Positions 19,148-29,958 are shown, numbered from the stretch's first letter. The stretch: DNA of 64,000 bases from Candidatus Woesearchaeota archaeon (GCA_043817645.1 JBDRGP010000013.1:21687-85686), one strand, 5' to 3'. Program-made: numbers and translations. Notes: generated by a model from the letters alone, not told the origin.

Positions 19148-21718
19148 ATGATAGAATTTATCACAAAACCCAAATCAGATACAGAAATATTCAAAACACT
19201 GAATCCTATAGTGAGAACCTGGTTCAAAAACAAATTCAAAACCTTCTCCGACCCTCAAAAATATGCTATAATCCCTATCCACAACAAGGAAAACATCTTA
19301 GTAAGCGCTACAACGGGTTCTGGAAAAACCTTAACAGCCTTCACAACCATCCTAAACGAACTTATCACTCTTTCAGAAAAAAACAAATTAGAAAATAGGG
19401 TTTATGCAATTTATACATCCCCTTTAAAGGCCTTAGCTAACGATGTACAACATAATCTGATCAACCCTCTAACCGAAATGGAAGAACAAGAAAAAAAGAA
19501 ACTAGGCATAAGAATCGGATTGAGAACAGGAGACACTTCACCATCGGAAAGACAAAAAATGCTCAAAAATCCGCCACATATCCTCGTAACAACTTCCGAA
19601 TCTTTGGCCATAATCTTAAGTTCTCCAAAATTCTCTCTGTTAATCAAAGATGCGCAGTATTTCATAATGGATGAACTCCATTCATTTGCAGAAAATAAAA
19701 GAGGAACTCATTTATCCTTATCCTTAGAAAGACTACAAGGTCTCTCCCCTAAACTAATCAGAATAGGTCTCTCAGCAACAGCAGAACCAATAGAAGAGCT
19801 TGCAAAGTTTCTAGTAGGAACAAATAGGAATTGTAAAATAGCAAAAGTAGAGCTCTCAAAAAAGCTAGATGCAAAAGTTATCTCACCAGTTCCAGATTTA
19901 ATTAACGTAACCCAAAGCCAACTCCATCACAAACTATATTCCTTACTAGATAACTTAATAGAAGAACACAAAACCACTTTAGTATTTACTAATACAAGAT
20001 CTGCAACAGAAAGAGTAGTTCACCACCTAAAAGAAAAATTCCCAAAAAAATACATAGAAAACATAGCTGCTCATCATGGTTCTTTATCAAAAAAACATAG
20101 ATTATCAGTAGAACAAAAATTAAGGGAAGGAAAATTAAAGGTAGTAGTTTGCTCAACATCGTTAGAGTTAGGACTAGACATAGGTTATATTGATTTAGTA
20201 GTTTTATTAGGTAGTCCTAAATCCGTTGCTAGAGGAGCACAAAGAATTGGCAGATCCGGACACAGACTACACGATACAATTAAGGGACGCTTTATAGTTC
20301 TTGATAGGGATGACTCAGTAGAAAGCTCTCTTTTATTAAAAGATATGATAGAGAAAAAAATAGATAAAATCCACATTCCAGAAAACTGCTTAGATGTCTT
20401 AGCACAACAAATTTTCGGAATGGCAATCCAAAATATATGGGATGTTGATGAGCTATTTAAAACAATAAAAAAATCTTATCCTTACAGAAATCTAAAGAAA
20501 AAAGACTTTGAAGAAGTTTTAAAATATCTTTCTGGAGAGTATGCTTCTTTAGAGAGTCGCTATATCTATGCTAAAATTTGGCATGACAAAGAAGAAAATA
20601 AAATAGGAAAAAGAGGTAAAATGGCAAGAGTGATCCATGTGACAAATATAGGAACTATCCCAGAAGAAACTTCAGTAAAAGTAAAAATAAAAGATATAAC
20701 AATAGGTTCTATAGACGAAGTCTTCCTAGAAAGACTAAAAAGAGGAGATATCTTTGTTTTAGGAGGAAACACATACCAATTTCTCTTCTCAAGAGGTACA
20801 GTGGCGCAAGTAAGAGCAGCACCTGAAAAAAATCCAACAGTCCCTTCCTGGTTCTCAGAAATGTTGCCATTAAGTTTTGACCTAGCAAACGACATCCAAA
20901 GATTTAGGCGCTATATAGAAGACATGTTCGTAAACAAAAAAACAAAATATGAAATACTCCAATTCATCAATGAATATCTCTACTTAGAAGAAAACGCTGC
21001 AAATGCAATTTATGAATATTTCAGAGAGCAATACCTCTATTCTGAAATCCCGCATGAAAGAAAATTATTAATAGAGCACTACAAAGATGAGAATAATAAA
21101 AAATATGTAGTTTTCCATTCATTATTTGGAAGAAGGGTTAATGATGTTCTATCAAGAGCAATCGCTTATGGGATAGCAAAACTTCAAAAAAGAGATGTAG
21201 AAATTGGAATTAACGATAACGGATTTTACTTAGCTTCTAAAGCGCCCATACAAGCGCAAAGAGCATTTGATCTTTTAACTCCAGAAAATCTCCCAGAAGT
21301 AATGAAAAGAGCAATTGAAAAAACAGAAGTTCTCAAAAGACGCTTCAGACACTGTGCAACAAGAGCTTTAATGATTCTAAGAACCTACAAAGGAAAAAGA
21401 AAAGGAGTTGGCAGGCAAACAGTATCTTCTATGATATTATTAAAGGCAGTAAAATCAATTTCAGAGGATTTCCCAATCTTAGTTGAGGCAAGAAGAGAAG
21501 TACTACAAGATTTAATGGATATGGAAAACGCAGCCAACGTACTTAAAAAAGTAAAAGAAGGAAAAATAGAACTAAAACAAAGCCACACTTCATTGCCCAG
21601 CCCATTCGCATTTAACCTGATTTTACAAGGCCGTACAGATATAATGAAAATGGAAGACAAAGTGGAATTCATAAAAAGAATGCATCAGATGGTCCTAGCA
21701 AAAATATATCAAAAATAG
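19148..21718 (+). CDS. lhr: Lhr-core ATP-dependent helicase (SF2)
   Basis: TGSGKT, SPLKALAND, RTGDT, DELH, KRG.HL, HHGSLS, SLELG.D.G, QRIGRSGH. Confidence 0.95.
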   Translation: MIEFITKPKSDTEIFKTLNPIVRTWFKNKFKTFSDPQKYAIIPIHNKENILVSATTGSGKTLTAFTTILNELITLSEKNKLENRVYAIYTSPLKALANDVQHNLINPLTEMEEQEKKKLGIRIGLRTGDTSPSERQKMLKNPPHILVTTSESLAIILSSPKFSLLIKDAQYFIMDELHSFAENKRGTHLSLSLERLQGLSPKLIRIGLSATAEPIEELAKFLVGTNRNCKIAKVELSKKLDAKVISPVPDLINVTQSQLHHKLYSLLDNLIEEHKTTLVFTNTRSATERVVHHLKEKFPKKYIENIAAHHGSLSKKHRLSVEQKLREGKLKVVVCSTSLELGLDIGYIDLVVLLGSPKSVARGAQRIGRSGHRLHDTIKGRFIVLDRDDSVESSLLLKDMIEKKIDKIHIPENCLDVLAQQIFGMAIQNIWDVDELFKTIKKSYPYRNLKKKDFEEVLKYLSGEYASLESRYIYAKIWHDKEENKIGKRGKMARVIHVTNIGTIPEETSVKVKIKDITIGSIDEVFLERLKRGDIFVLGGNTYQFLFSRGTVAQVRAAPEKNPTVPSWFSEMLPLSFDLANDIQRFRRYIEDMFVNKKTKYEILQFINEYLYLEENAANAIYEYFREQYLYSEIPHERKLLIEHYKDENNKKYVVFHSLFGRRVNDVLSRAIAYGIAKLQKRDVEIGINDNGFYLASKAPIQAQRAFDLLTPENLPEVMKRAIEKTEVLKRRFRHCATRALMILRTYKGKRKGVGRQTVSSMILLKAVKSISEDFPILVEARREVLQDLMDMENAANVLKKVKEGKIELKQSHTSLPSPFAFNLILQGRTDIMKMEDKVEFIKRMHQMVLAKIYQK

Positions 21719-21754
21719 CAATAATCTTATAAATAATTATTTTTTCTTTAATCT

Positions 21755-22537
21755 ATGGTTCTCAAACCCATCTACATAATAATAGTACTCCTACTTTTAT
21801 TTTTAACTAGTATTTCTGCTGAAGAAGATATTCACGATTTCATGGAAGATGTTGATAGTAGTTATCTAATTGTCTTAGGAGAAGAATCACCAGGTTCAGA
21901 TAGTCTAGCAGCGATAGATATCAATCAGGGGTTAGAAGACCTTGATTTAAATGCCGTTCTAGAAAATGAAATCACTACCGGTAATAAACTAATCCTCTTA
22001 GGAAACCCTTGTGAAAATTCTAAAATAACGCTAGGTTGCCACTCTTGGCCTTTTGAAGAAGGTCAGGCCTTAATAAAAGTTGACGGCTTAAACCTAATCG
22101 TTACTGGAACAACATCTGAAGATATAAGAAAAGCAGCTAAAGTCTTATCAGAATATAAGGATTATAATCTCTTAAAAAGTTATAGCGAGGTTCTAGTTAC
22201 AGGCACACTACAAAACCCAGAAATTGAAATACTAGGCGCCCAGCAAGAAGAATTTACAGAAATCAAAATAATCTGTGGAGACGCTATATGCGCAGAAGAT
22301 GAAAAACAACCAAGATGTGTTAATGACTATTGTGAATATTCTTGCATAGAGGACTGTAGCGTGCCTTGCGGAAATAACATTTGTGAAGAAGAATTTAAAG
22401 AAGATTCAGAAAACTGCCCTGCAGATTGTAAAATAGAAACCGAAAAATCACCAGAAGGATATAACCAAGCTGGCCCTAGCAAAAAAGAAGGTTTTTGGTC
22501 CAGACTTATAGAATGGTTTAAAAATCTATTTTTCTAG
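21755..22537 (+). CDS. secreted S-layer-like domain protein with Cys-rich repeats
   Basis: Signal peptide; IV.G..SP.SD..AA.DI, LI.LG.PC.N, LIVTG....D...AA.VL (S-layer C-terminal-like); CGD.IC / CGN.IC..E...NCP.DC repeats. Confidence 0.7.
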   Translation: MVLKPIYIIIVLLLLFLTSISAEEDIHDFMEDVDSSYLIVLGEESPGSDSLAAIDINQGLEDLDLNAVLENEITTGNKLILLGNPCENSKITLGCHSWPFEEGQALIKVDGLNLIVTGTTSEDIRKAAKVLSEYKDYNLLKSYSEVLVTGTLQNPEIEILGAQQEEFTEIKIICGDAICAEDEKQPRCVNDYCEYSCIEDCSVPCGNNICEEEFKEDSENCPADCKIETEKSPEGYNQAGPSKKEGFWSRLIEWFKNLFF

Positions 22538-22550
22538 CAAAATGAAACTC

Positions 22551-22856
22551 TTATATTTCTAGTTTTTTAATAAATTCAGAGATAATTAATTTCTTTTTAT
22601 CAACAGATACAGAAAAAAGGACACTCTTCACCATTTTTTCAGAGATCGTAAAAATATAATTGAGCTTAATAACACTCTCTTTGATAGCCCCCTCTTTCTT
22701 CGATAAAGGGAGACCCTCCATTTTTAAATTACTAGTTATCCCGGCCAAAACAATATTTCCTTGCTCTTCAAAAAGTACTAAAGCAGGTCTTGTTTTTATC
22801 TCAAAAGTATCAACAAACTGTATTTCAGCTAAAATAACATCGCCAAATTTAAGCAT
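22551..22856 (-). CDS. PemK/MazF-family toxin
   Basis: GDVIL..I.F.D..E.K.RPALV, LAGITS, S.IK...IFT. Confidence 0.85.
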   Translation of the reverse strand: MLKFGDVILAEIQFVDTFEIKTRPALVLFEEQGNIVLAGITSNLKMEGLPLSKKEGAIKESVIKLNYIFTISEKMVKSVLFSVSVDKKKLIISEFIKKLEI

Positions 22857-23076
22857 TCTCCCATGCCTCATCCTCTTTATTATCCCAAAGTTCCTTCATT
22901 TTCGGTTGCTGTATCTTATGCAAAAACTCATCGTATTGGTTTCTTTTTTTGATTTTAATAAATATTTTAGCCATTTTCTCCAAAAGCTCATTATAGGTTT
23001 GCCTAGGATACTCCTTCGCTTCCTTCAATATACTAATAACGTTTTTATTTAGTTGAATTGTTGAGACCTTTTCCAT
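22849..23076 (-). CDS. cognate antitoxin (RHH-like N-terminus, acidic W-containing tail)
   Basis: STIQL......LK..K.YPR.TYNEL; C-terminal ELWDNKEDEAW; overlaps the toxin start. Confidence 0.8.
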   Translation of the reverse strand: MEKVSTIQLNKNVISILKEAKEYPRQTYNELLEKMAKIFIKIKKRNQYDEFLHKIQQPKMKELWDNKEDEAWENA

Positions 23077-23330
23077 ATATAATCATCTATATACCGGTTA
23101 TATATTGACTATATAAATCTTTCGGATATAAACAATTATATAATGAAGTATAAAAGTCAAAAGTAAGTCCTTTAAAATTTACATTGTGGGAGAATATAAC
23201 AAACGCTCATTAATGCATCTCCACCCTTCAATAATCCATGTAGCTACCTTGGAAAAAGTTTTCTCCAAAGAAGGTCTCGCTCTACCTTTTAGATTTAATA
23301 TTTAATAAAACTTGCAAAAATCTATCAAAA

Positions 23331-24020
23331 ATGAAAATACTAAAAAATCTAGAAATAATAGATCTAGCCTTAAAATATAAAGATATTTTGATAATTGGAG
23401 ATCTACACCTAGGTTTAGAAGGAACCTTTCTCAATAAGGGAGTTATGCTTCCAGTTAACCAATTAGATGAGATAATTAAAAGATTAGAAAAGATAATAAA
23501 AAAAGCAAAACCAAAAAAAATCATAATAAACGGAGATTTAAAAGAAGAATTCGGCACCATCTCAACCCAAGAATGGAGAGATATCGGAGAATTAATAACG
23601 TTCTTAAGGGAAAAGGTAGATTTAATATTAATCAAGGGAAATCATGATACTATTTTAGAACCAATTGCAAAGAAATTTAATCTTCCCTTAAAACAAAGAT
23701 ATGACATAGACGAAATCTCCATACTCCATGGCGACACAATCTTAAAAAATCTAAAAAAAACAATAATAATCAGCCATGAACATCCAGCAGTCTCATTCAA
23801 AGAAAGGCCTGATGAAAAATATAAATGTTTCTTAATAGGAAAATACAAAAAACATCACCTTATTATCATACCATCATTCAACCCGCTTATAGAGGGATCA
23901 GATATCACAAAAGAAGAATACCTCTCACCATACATAAAAGACCTCTCAAATTTTGATATCTATGTCGTCCAAGACAGAGTATACAACTTTGGTAAACTCA
24001 AAAAAATACAAAAGTTTTAA
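23331..24020 (+). CDS. metallophosphoesterase (Lhr-associated MPE, COG1407)
   Basis: DLHLG, NGDLK, GNHD, HGD, HEHP, PSFN. Confidence 0.9.
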   Translation: MKILKNLEIIDLALKYKDILIIGDLHLGLEGTFLNKGVMLPVNQLDEIIKRLEKIIKKAKPKKIIINGDLKEEFGTISTQEWRDIGELITFLREKVDLILIKGNHDTILEPIAKKFNLPLKQRYDIDEISILHGDTILKNLKKTIIISHEHPAVSFKERPDEKYKCFLIGKYKKHHLIIIPSFNPLIEGSDITKEEYLSPYIKDLSNFDIYVVQDRVYNFGKLKKIQKF

Positions 24021-24046
24021 TAAGTACAACAAATCTCCTAAATAAA

Positions 24047-24343
24047 ATGAACATTAAGTACATTGGAATTAGGGGGTTGGATGAACAAGAGAGGTTCACA
24101 TTAAAAAAAATATCCGAGACTTCTTACCCAAAAATAGGAAGACTGATAGAGAACCCATTAGTGTTTTTAACAATAAAAAAACAAAAAATTGCTGGAAGAA
24201 GACACAGAATAATTATTGATGCAAGAGTTTCAGCACCAAACATAAGATATTCCTCGTGGGCAGATGAGTGGGATATTGCAAAAGCAACTCACAGAGTTTT
24301 TGATAAACTGGAAAGAGAGATAGAACATAAAATAAAAGACTAA
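24047..24343 (+). CDS. HPF/RaiA-like ribosome-associated protein (putative)
   Basis: 98 aa; KI.R......L.IK....G.R...I.AR.......A..WD...A....DKLE pattern. Confidence 0.6.
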   Translation: MNIKYIGIRGLDEQERFTLKKISETSYPKIGRLIENPLVFLTIKKQKIAGRRHRIIIDARVSAPNIRYSSWADEWDIAKATHRVFDKLEREIEHKIKD

Positions 24344-24870
24344 TGCTTTCTCCAAAGAACAACAACCCCTAAACCGATTACAACTAGTACTAAGATTGCC
24401 ACAAATTTAGCATTATTACTTATTTTAACAGGTTCAATCACTTCTTCTTTAACTCTCTCTGCAACAACCTCCCGCTCTGGGATCTCTTCTTCAAGCAATT
24501 CTAAATCAGGTTCTCCCTCCATAACGCCCCCATCAATATCAGAACAAACAGAATTATCGCAGGATTCATCGCAAACACAATCCTTACACCTATAGTCTAT
24601 ATCCGCAAGAACTCTATCAGACTTTATACTAAAAACATCAATAAATACATCATTCAGCGTCTTAGAATCGTCCTCTTCAATGATCCATTTTTTCCCATTG
24701 ACACAGAATAATGCCTTATCTTCACTAGGATCAAACTTAACTAAAGTAATGTTCCGCCCATCAATTTCATAACTCTTACCAGCAAGGAATGTAAACTGGT
24801 CAGCACTAACTAAAACACTAAAAAAAAGCAAAAAACACAAAATAATCATCTTTTTCATGTCTAAATACAA
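24340..24870 (-). CDS. secreted membrane-anchored hypothetical protein
   Basis: Signal peptide, Cys cluster, C-terminal TM plus basic tail. Confidence 0.65.
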   Translation of the reverse strand: MYLDMKKMIILCFLLFFSVLVSADQFTFLAGKSYEIDGRNITLVKFDPSEDKALFCVNGKKWIIEEDDSKTLNDVFIDVFSIKSDRVLADIDYRCKDCVCDESCDNSVCSDIDGGVMEGEPDLELLEEEIPEREVVAERVKEEVIEPVKISNNAKFVAILVLVVIGLGVVVLWRKH

Positions 24871-24932
24871 GTAAAGATTCTATTTAATTATTTCTAAAAA
24901 GATTTTTAAAGTCCCAGATTTACTACCAACCT

Positions 24933-25271
24933 ATGAAACAGGTCGTATTGGTTCGCAAGGAGCTTCACATGAGCGGAGGAAAGATGGCTGCGCAATGTTC
25001 CCATGCCTCAGTTTCAGCAGTATTAAAATCTCCTAAAGAAAAAGTTGCTCAGTGGAAAACGCAAGGGATGAAAAAATCCATTTTGAAAGTTACTTCAGAG
25101 AAAGAACTACTCTTTTTTCAAAGAGAAGCAAGAAATGCTAAATTAGTAACTGCTCTAATAACAGACGCAGCAAAGACCTTCTTTAAAACACCAACAAAGA
25201 CCTGTTTGGCAATAGGCCCGGATAAAGACGAAAAAATAGACAAAATCACAGGGAAACTTAAGTTAATTTAG
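24933..25271 (+). CDS. pth2: peptidyl-tRNA hydrolase Pth2
   Basis: MKQV.LVR..L.M..GK.AAQ.SHAS, I.DA..T, T.LAIGP, ID.ITG.LKL. Confidence 0.93.
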   Translation: MKQVVLVRKELHMSGGKMAAQCSHASVSAVLKSPKEKVAQWKTQGMKKSILKVTSEKELLFFQREARNAKLVTALITDAAKTFFKTPTKTCLAIGPDKDEKIDKITGKLKLI

Positions 25272-25330
25272 TTATTTATGAGTGGTAACTAATCAGAAAG
25301 ATTTATAAATCATAAAAACCGCTTCTTATT

Positions 25331-25855
25331 ATGGTAGATTATTGTGCTCTTAGAAGGGAATTTGACCCCAATCTTATAGCTGCAAGAAACGTTGTAAGGT
25401 TCTTAATAAGTGGAGATTTAGTCCCGGATAATGTAACCCACCAATATCTTGTGGAGGAATATCCCCTCAAAATTGATGAGGGTAAATTAGGACTTATTAA
25501 AAAAGTATTGGATGCTGCAGGAAAATTACCAGAAATCGGACTTAATGAACCCTCCAATAACCAAATAAGAAAGTGTGGTATCGCATTATTCTCTTTTTAC
25601 CATTCCCAAGATCGTTTTTTAGGAGGAAACCGACAAGATTTAGTTAGATTAGATACCGCAGATACAAGATCCACCCAAGAAATAACAATAGACGATGTGG
25701 TAAACTCTTTTAAAAATATAGATAAACTACCATTTAAAGGTTCAACTGGCAAGCCTTTCCAAGGACCCCATAATCCCCAATCACATCCTAGCAGATATAG
25801 AAATACTCCTGGACCAGAGCCTGAACCAATACCTGAAGAAGATATTCCCTTTTAG
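25331..25855 (+). CDS. hypothetical protein with SSB-like acidic tail (EEDIPF)
   Basis: ORF with upstream TATA-like TTTATAAA; ends in DIPF. Confidence 0.55.
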   Translation: MVDYCALRREFDPNLIAARNVVRFLISGDLVPDNVTHQYLVEEYPLKIDEGKLGLIKKVLDAAGKLPEIGLNEPSNNQIRKCGIALFSFYHSQDRFLGGNRQDLVRLDTADTRSTQEITIDDVVNSFKNIDKLPFKGSTGKPFQGPHNPQSHPSRYRNTPGPEPEPIPEEDIPF

Positions 25856-25915
25856 AAATTCTCGACAGTAGATCACAAGGTAGACTTTAAATAAAAGTTT
25901 TCTCTTAGTAAATCC

Positions 25916-26089
25916 ATGCCAGACTGTGATAAGTGCAGATTTTTAGAACTAGCTAACTGGAATCCAAAAGGTGAAAATCCCCTAAATCCAGAAATTACAT
26001 ATACAGAGAAATATTGTAAACTAAAGAAAAAATGCTTACGTTTCTTATCAAACAAGGAAAAATTTGATTGTAAACTCTTTAAGACTTAA
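25916..26089 (+). CDS. small Cys-rich protein (57 aa), not in ORF track
   Basis: Manual translation MPDCDKCRF...YCKLKKKC...FDCKLFKT. Confidence 0.45.
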   Translation: MPDCDKCRFLELANWNPKGENPLNPEITYTEKYCKLKKKCLRFLSNKEKFDCKLFKT

Positions 26090-26286
26090 CCGCAAGTATC
26101 AAAATAGATCTAGTACTATGGAACAGAGTTAAGAAGCAGTATACAGACAAAGATACGGATATTTCTGATTTCACAGAGCGGTTATTAAATAGAGAATCCA
26201 GAAAAAAACAGACAGTAGATGGTAAGGTAAGTTTCTGAGCGGAGTAAAAACTTATAAAAATCAGTAATTTCTTCTTATTTATAAAT

Positions 26287-26406
26287 ATGAGAGAATGTCC
26301 AAAGTGTAAAAAAAGAGAATTAGATGTTACAGACAAGCCAAACAACTACAGATGCTGGAATTGTGGATATTTCTGTATAGGTACAAAGCATTTAGAAGAG
26401 GATTAG
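26287..26406 (+). CDS. small Zn-ribbon protein (39 aa), not in ORF track
   Basis: MRECPKC...YRCWNCG. Confidence 0.5.
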   Translation: MRECPKCKKRELDVTDKPNNYRCWNCGYFCIGTKHLEED

Positions 26407-26413
26407 AATTAAG

Positions 26414-27949
26414 TTAGCCTCCAGGATCTATCTGAACCTTATATAGAACTATAGCAAATAACTTAGAACTAATAATTGGCTTTTCTACTATTCTTCCATG
26501 AATTACTATTGATACACAGATATTAATTAACACCCATAAATTGAATAAGCAGGTTGAGAATAGGAAATAAAATAATCTGATATGGAAATTCTTAGATGTT
26601 GTTCTAGGTTTGAAATCATGTTCTAATTGTCTATATTTAGTTTCTATGCCCCATCTTTTGGAATAAAATTTGAAAAGATAATGTGTAAGTTGAACAGGGA
26701 TATTAAGATTGGTTGAAAATGCTCTCTTTATTCCATCTTCATCGTTAACTAGGATTAAAGTAGTAGTTTCATCTCCAATTTTAAATTCTTTAATTATTCT
26801 TGCTTCACAATCTTCTGACTTATCATACCATTGTTTAACAGTGGGACTTTTTATTTTAGGCATTAAGTATTTTACATTATTATCTTTAAGAACTCTGATT
26901 ACTTTAGGTTTATCAAAACCTCTGTCAAGATAAACTCTATCAATGTGTATCTTTTCTTTTGCTCTTTTAATTAATCTATCAACTAAATCTTCTTGATTAT
27001 CAAAAGGATGCATCATTAAAGCATCTATTGTAAACCTTCTTCCAGCTACGACTATTGAGCATGTTATAAATTTGAAGAAATTATTTGTTCCTCTATCATT
27101 TTTTCCACCAATAACAAAAGGATCTGTTTTATCTCCATAATAAGGAACTTCGTGAACATCTATGGCTATGTCTAATTTTCTTCTGTTAAGTAGATTGTAA
27201 TTCTTTTTTGAGAATTCAAAAATAACATCAAATATTTTCCTAAAAGTTTCTTCTATCCCTTCTTTTTGATTTAACTTTCTTAGATGGTAAAGAATAGTTT
27301 CTCTTGCTGGAATTTCTACATCTGGATTTAATTCTGTAAAAGTTTTAACTCCATTAGTACAAAAATCATGAGTTTGTGCTAGATGAACAAGAACATCAAG
27401 TAAATCCTTAGTTGTAAATTTAGCATTGTGTCTTAACTTAATTTCTATTTGAGGATAAACTAACTTTTTAACTAGTCTTACTGCCTCTTTGAAAGCTTTG
27501 TTTTTTTTATTAACTTCTTTTTTCTTCTTAGTTATAGTTTCTTTTACTATTTCTATGTCTAAAATTATATTGTGTTTAGTAGCAGTAGATAAAATATTTT
27601 CAGCTATATTATCTAGAAATTGAATATGTTCTTCTGTTAATCTTTTTTGGAAGAATTCGTTAAATGTCCTTTTCTTTGGAATATCAATAATATTTAAATT
27701 ATTAATATCCTTCTCATCTAACTTTTTAATTAGATCTGGATAAGTGGTTATTCCTTTAATTCTTTTATAGAGATATAATTTTATGAATGACTCTAATGAA
27801 AACTTGTTTCTTTTTAATTCAATATTTATTGGTAGTTCTAACTTAGATAAAATAAAAGAAGTCTTAACCCATTTCTCACTAATCAATTCAAAAATTTTAT
27901 TAAGTTCTATTTCTATTCCTTCTATTGTGGGGTTCATAGCGGACTCCAT
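26414..27949 (-). CDS. DDE transposase, ISH3 family (IS4 superfamily)
   Basis: IAID.H..PYYG, VYLDRGF, Y..RWGIET.YR (YREK) motifs. Confidence 0.9.
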   Translation of the reverse strand: MESAMNPTIEGIEIELNKIFELISEKWVKTSFILSKLELPINIELKRNKFSLESFIKLYLYKRIKGITTYPDLIKKLDEKDINNLNIIDIPKKRTFNEFFQKRLTEEHIQFLDNIAENILSTATKHNIILDIEIVKETITKKKKEVNKKNKAFKEAVRLVKKLVYPQIEIKLRHNAKFTTKDLLDVLVHLAQTHDFCTNGVKTFTELNPDVEIPARETILYHLRKLNQKEGIEETFRKIFDVIFEFSKKNYNLLNRRKLDIAIDVHEVPYYGDKTDPFVIGGKNDRGTNNFFKFITCSIVVAGRRFTIDALMMHPFDNQEDLVDRLIKRAKEKIHIDRVYLDRGFDKPKVIRVLKDNNVKYLMPKIKSPTVKQWYDKSEDCEARIIKEFKIGDETTTLILVNDEDGIKRAFSTNLNIPVQLTHYLFKFYSKRWGIETKYRQLEHDFKPRTTSKNFHIRLFYFLFSTCLFNLWVLINICVSIVIHGRIVEKPIISSKLFAIVLYKVQIDPGG

Positions 27950-28115
27950 ACCAGAGGAGATGTGGTCTCAAGCTTCGTCTTCTCTGGATTATCTTATTTA
28001 TATCTTATATGATATATAGAAGTATCTTGTAGTATATAAATATATCGTTAATGTATTATATAGGTTATACTGAAGTATCATAAAGTTTATATACAAGCTA
28101 TATCTAACTAAACAT

Positions 28116-28274
28116 ATGAAAAGAATACTTGTAAGCATACCAGACGGAACTTGGAAGATAATTGAAAAAGACTTAATTGGAAAGATAGGGGAAAAAGAGT
28201 CTGAAGTTATAAGAAATATTGTAATGGCTTACTTATCTGAAAAAGGTTATCTTAAATCCCAAAGTAAAGAATAG
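28116..28274 (+). CDS. CopG/ribbon-helix-helix regulator (52 aa), not in ORF track
   Basis: MKRILVSIPDG.W..I......G...SEVIRNIVMAYLSEKG. Confidence 0.75.
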   Translation: MKRILVSIPDGTWKIIEKDLIGKIGEKESEVIRNIVMAYLSEKGYLKSQSKE

Positions 28275-28429
28275 GACCCTTTTGTCAGGACTTTCCCTTA
28301 TCATTTATAAATAAGTTGTCAATATCTATGATCTAAAGATAGTCAATTTTGTCATTTTATAAGTGTTCTATTTATAAAGAACTTGTCAAAAATAGGAAAC
28401 TTTAAATAATAGTTATCTTTCTATTTTTT

Positions 28430-29914
28430 ATGCCTGTATTTGATATAAGCCAGTTATCAGAGAATAATCCTTGGTGGGTTGATAAAAATAATATTCTAAA
28501 TGATCTAAAAATTAGCGATTTACAGAAATTAGATTATCAATGGGATCCAAATATAAGACACTATATCAGATTAGAAAATGATGTTTTATTTACGATTAGG
28601 GGGCCAAGACAGGTTGGAAAAACAACTCTTATGAAGATAATAATAAAAGATCTTCTTCTTAACAAAAAGATAAATGCAGAGAATGTATTTTTCTGGTCAT
28701 TTGAAAATAATACATCTGATGAATTAAATCAAATTATAAAAACATACTTAGACTGGAGATCAAGTTCAGATAAGGGAAGGAAATATTTATTTCTTGATGA
28801 AATCTGTGCAGTTAAAAATTGGTCAAAGGGATTGATACATTTTGCTAATAAAGGTTCTTTCAAAAACTGTTCTATAGTTGTTACCGGTTCTCATTCAATG
28901 GATCTAAAACATTCCACTGAATTAATGCCTGGAAGAAGAGGGGGAGATGATAAAAACCCATTAGATAAAATATTATTACCAATGAAATTTTCTGAATTTG
29001 TAATGCTGTTATGGCCGGAATTCAAAAAGATTTTATTTGATTTAGATTTAATTAAAAAAGAAGATAAACATAATAAATTATTTGAATTGTTTAAAGGTAA
29101 TATTGATAAGAGTATACAAACTCTATCTATACATAAAAAACAATTAGATTCGCTTTTTGAAATGTATTTATTGACAGGAGGAATCCCTTCAACTATAAAT
29201 GAATTTAAGAAAAAAAATAATATCTCAACTAACCTATTTAACGTTTATCTTAACTCAATTATTGGAGATTTAAATAGATATAATTACAAAGAACTTTTCT
29301 TTAAGCAAATAATCAGAGAAACATTCAATACATTATCAAATCCAATAAGTTGGAATAGTTTTATTAAAAAAACAAGTATAAAATCACATAATACCATTCA
29401 AGATTATATAACAGCTATGGAAGAATTGTATATAGCAAATATTTCTTATAGATGTTCAATACATGATAAAAGAATTCATTCTTTTATGAAAAAAATCTAT
29501 ATTTTAGATCCTTTTATTTTTCATGCATTACATGGTTGGTCAAATGCTAAAAAAGATTACTTTAGCAATGCGAAAGCAAATTTATTAAATTTAGAAACAA
29601 AAAGCAAATTGGTTGAAAGTGTTGTTTATAATCATCTATGTAGGTTTTCTTATGGTATAAATCCTAGGGACCTTTTTGATCCAAAGGACCATATTTGTTA
29701 TTATGAGGATAAAAATAAAAAAGAAGTTGATTTCGTTTTAATATATGATGATAATTATTATCCTTTTGAGGTAAAATATCAGGCCTCTATATCCTCTTCG
29801 GATTTTTTTGCATTTAAATCTTTTAAGAGAGGAGTTCTTATAAGTAAGAATAAATTAGATACTTACAGAGACTATGTACAAATACCCATTTCATTATTTT
29901 TAATGTTAATATAA
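28430..29914 (+). CDS. AAA+ ATPase COG1373 (AAA_14 + DUF4143 PD-(D/E)XK-like C-terminus)
   Basis: NPWW, GPRQVGKTT, LFLDEI, VTGS, GR, YL.TGG.P, KK.Y..D, EVDFV...EVK. Confidence 0.9.
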   Translation: MPVFDISQLSENNPWWVDKNNILNDLKISDLQKLDYQWDPNIRHYIRLENDVLFTIRGPRQVGKTTLMKIIIKDLLLNKKINAENVFFWSFENNTSDELNQIIKTYLDWRSSSDKGRKYLFLDEICAVKNWSKGLIHFANKGSFKNCSIVVTGSHSMDLKHSTELMPGRRGGDDKNPLDKILLPMKFSEFVMLLWPEFKKILFDLDLIKKEDKHNKLFELFKGNIDKSIQTLSIHKKQLDSLFEMYLLTGGIPSTINEFKKKNNISTNLFNVYLNSIIGDLNRYNYKELFFKQIIRETFNTLSNPISWNSFIKKTSIKSHNTIQDYITAMEELYIANISYRCSIHDKRIHSFMKKIYILDPFIFHALHGWSNAKKDYFSNAKANLLNLETKSKLVESVVYNHLCRFSYGINPRDLFDPKDHICYYEDKNKKEVDFVLIYDDNYYPFEVKYQASISSSDFFAFKSFKRGVLISKNKLDTYRDYVQIPISLFLMLI

Positions 29915-29958
29915 TTCAAAAAATTATTTAAATACAAAACTCAAATTCACATATTCAA

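Noticed and set aside
25331-25855. Single-stranded DNA-binding protein because of the DIPF tail
   Set aside because: No recognisable OB-fold motifs in the N-terminal part; the tail alone is insufficient
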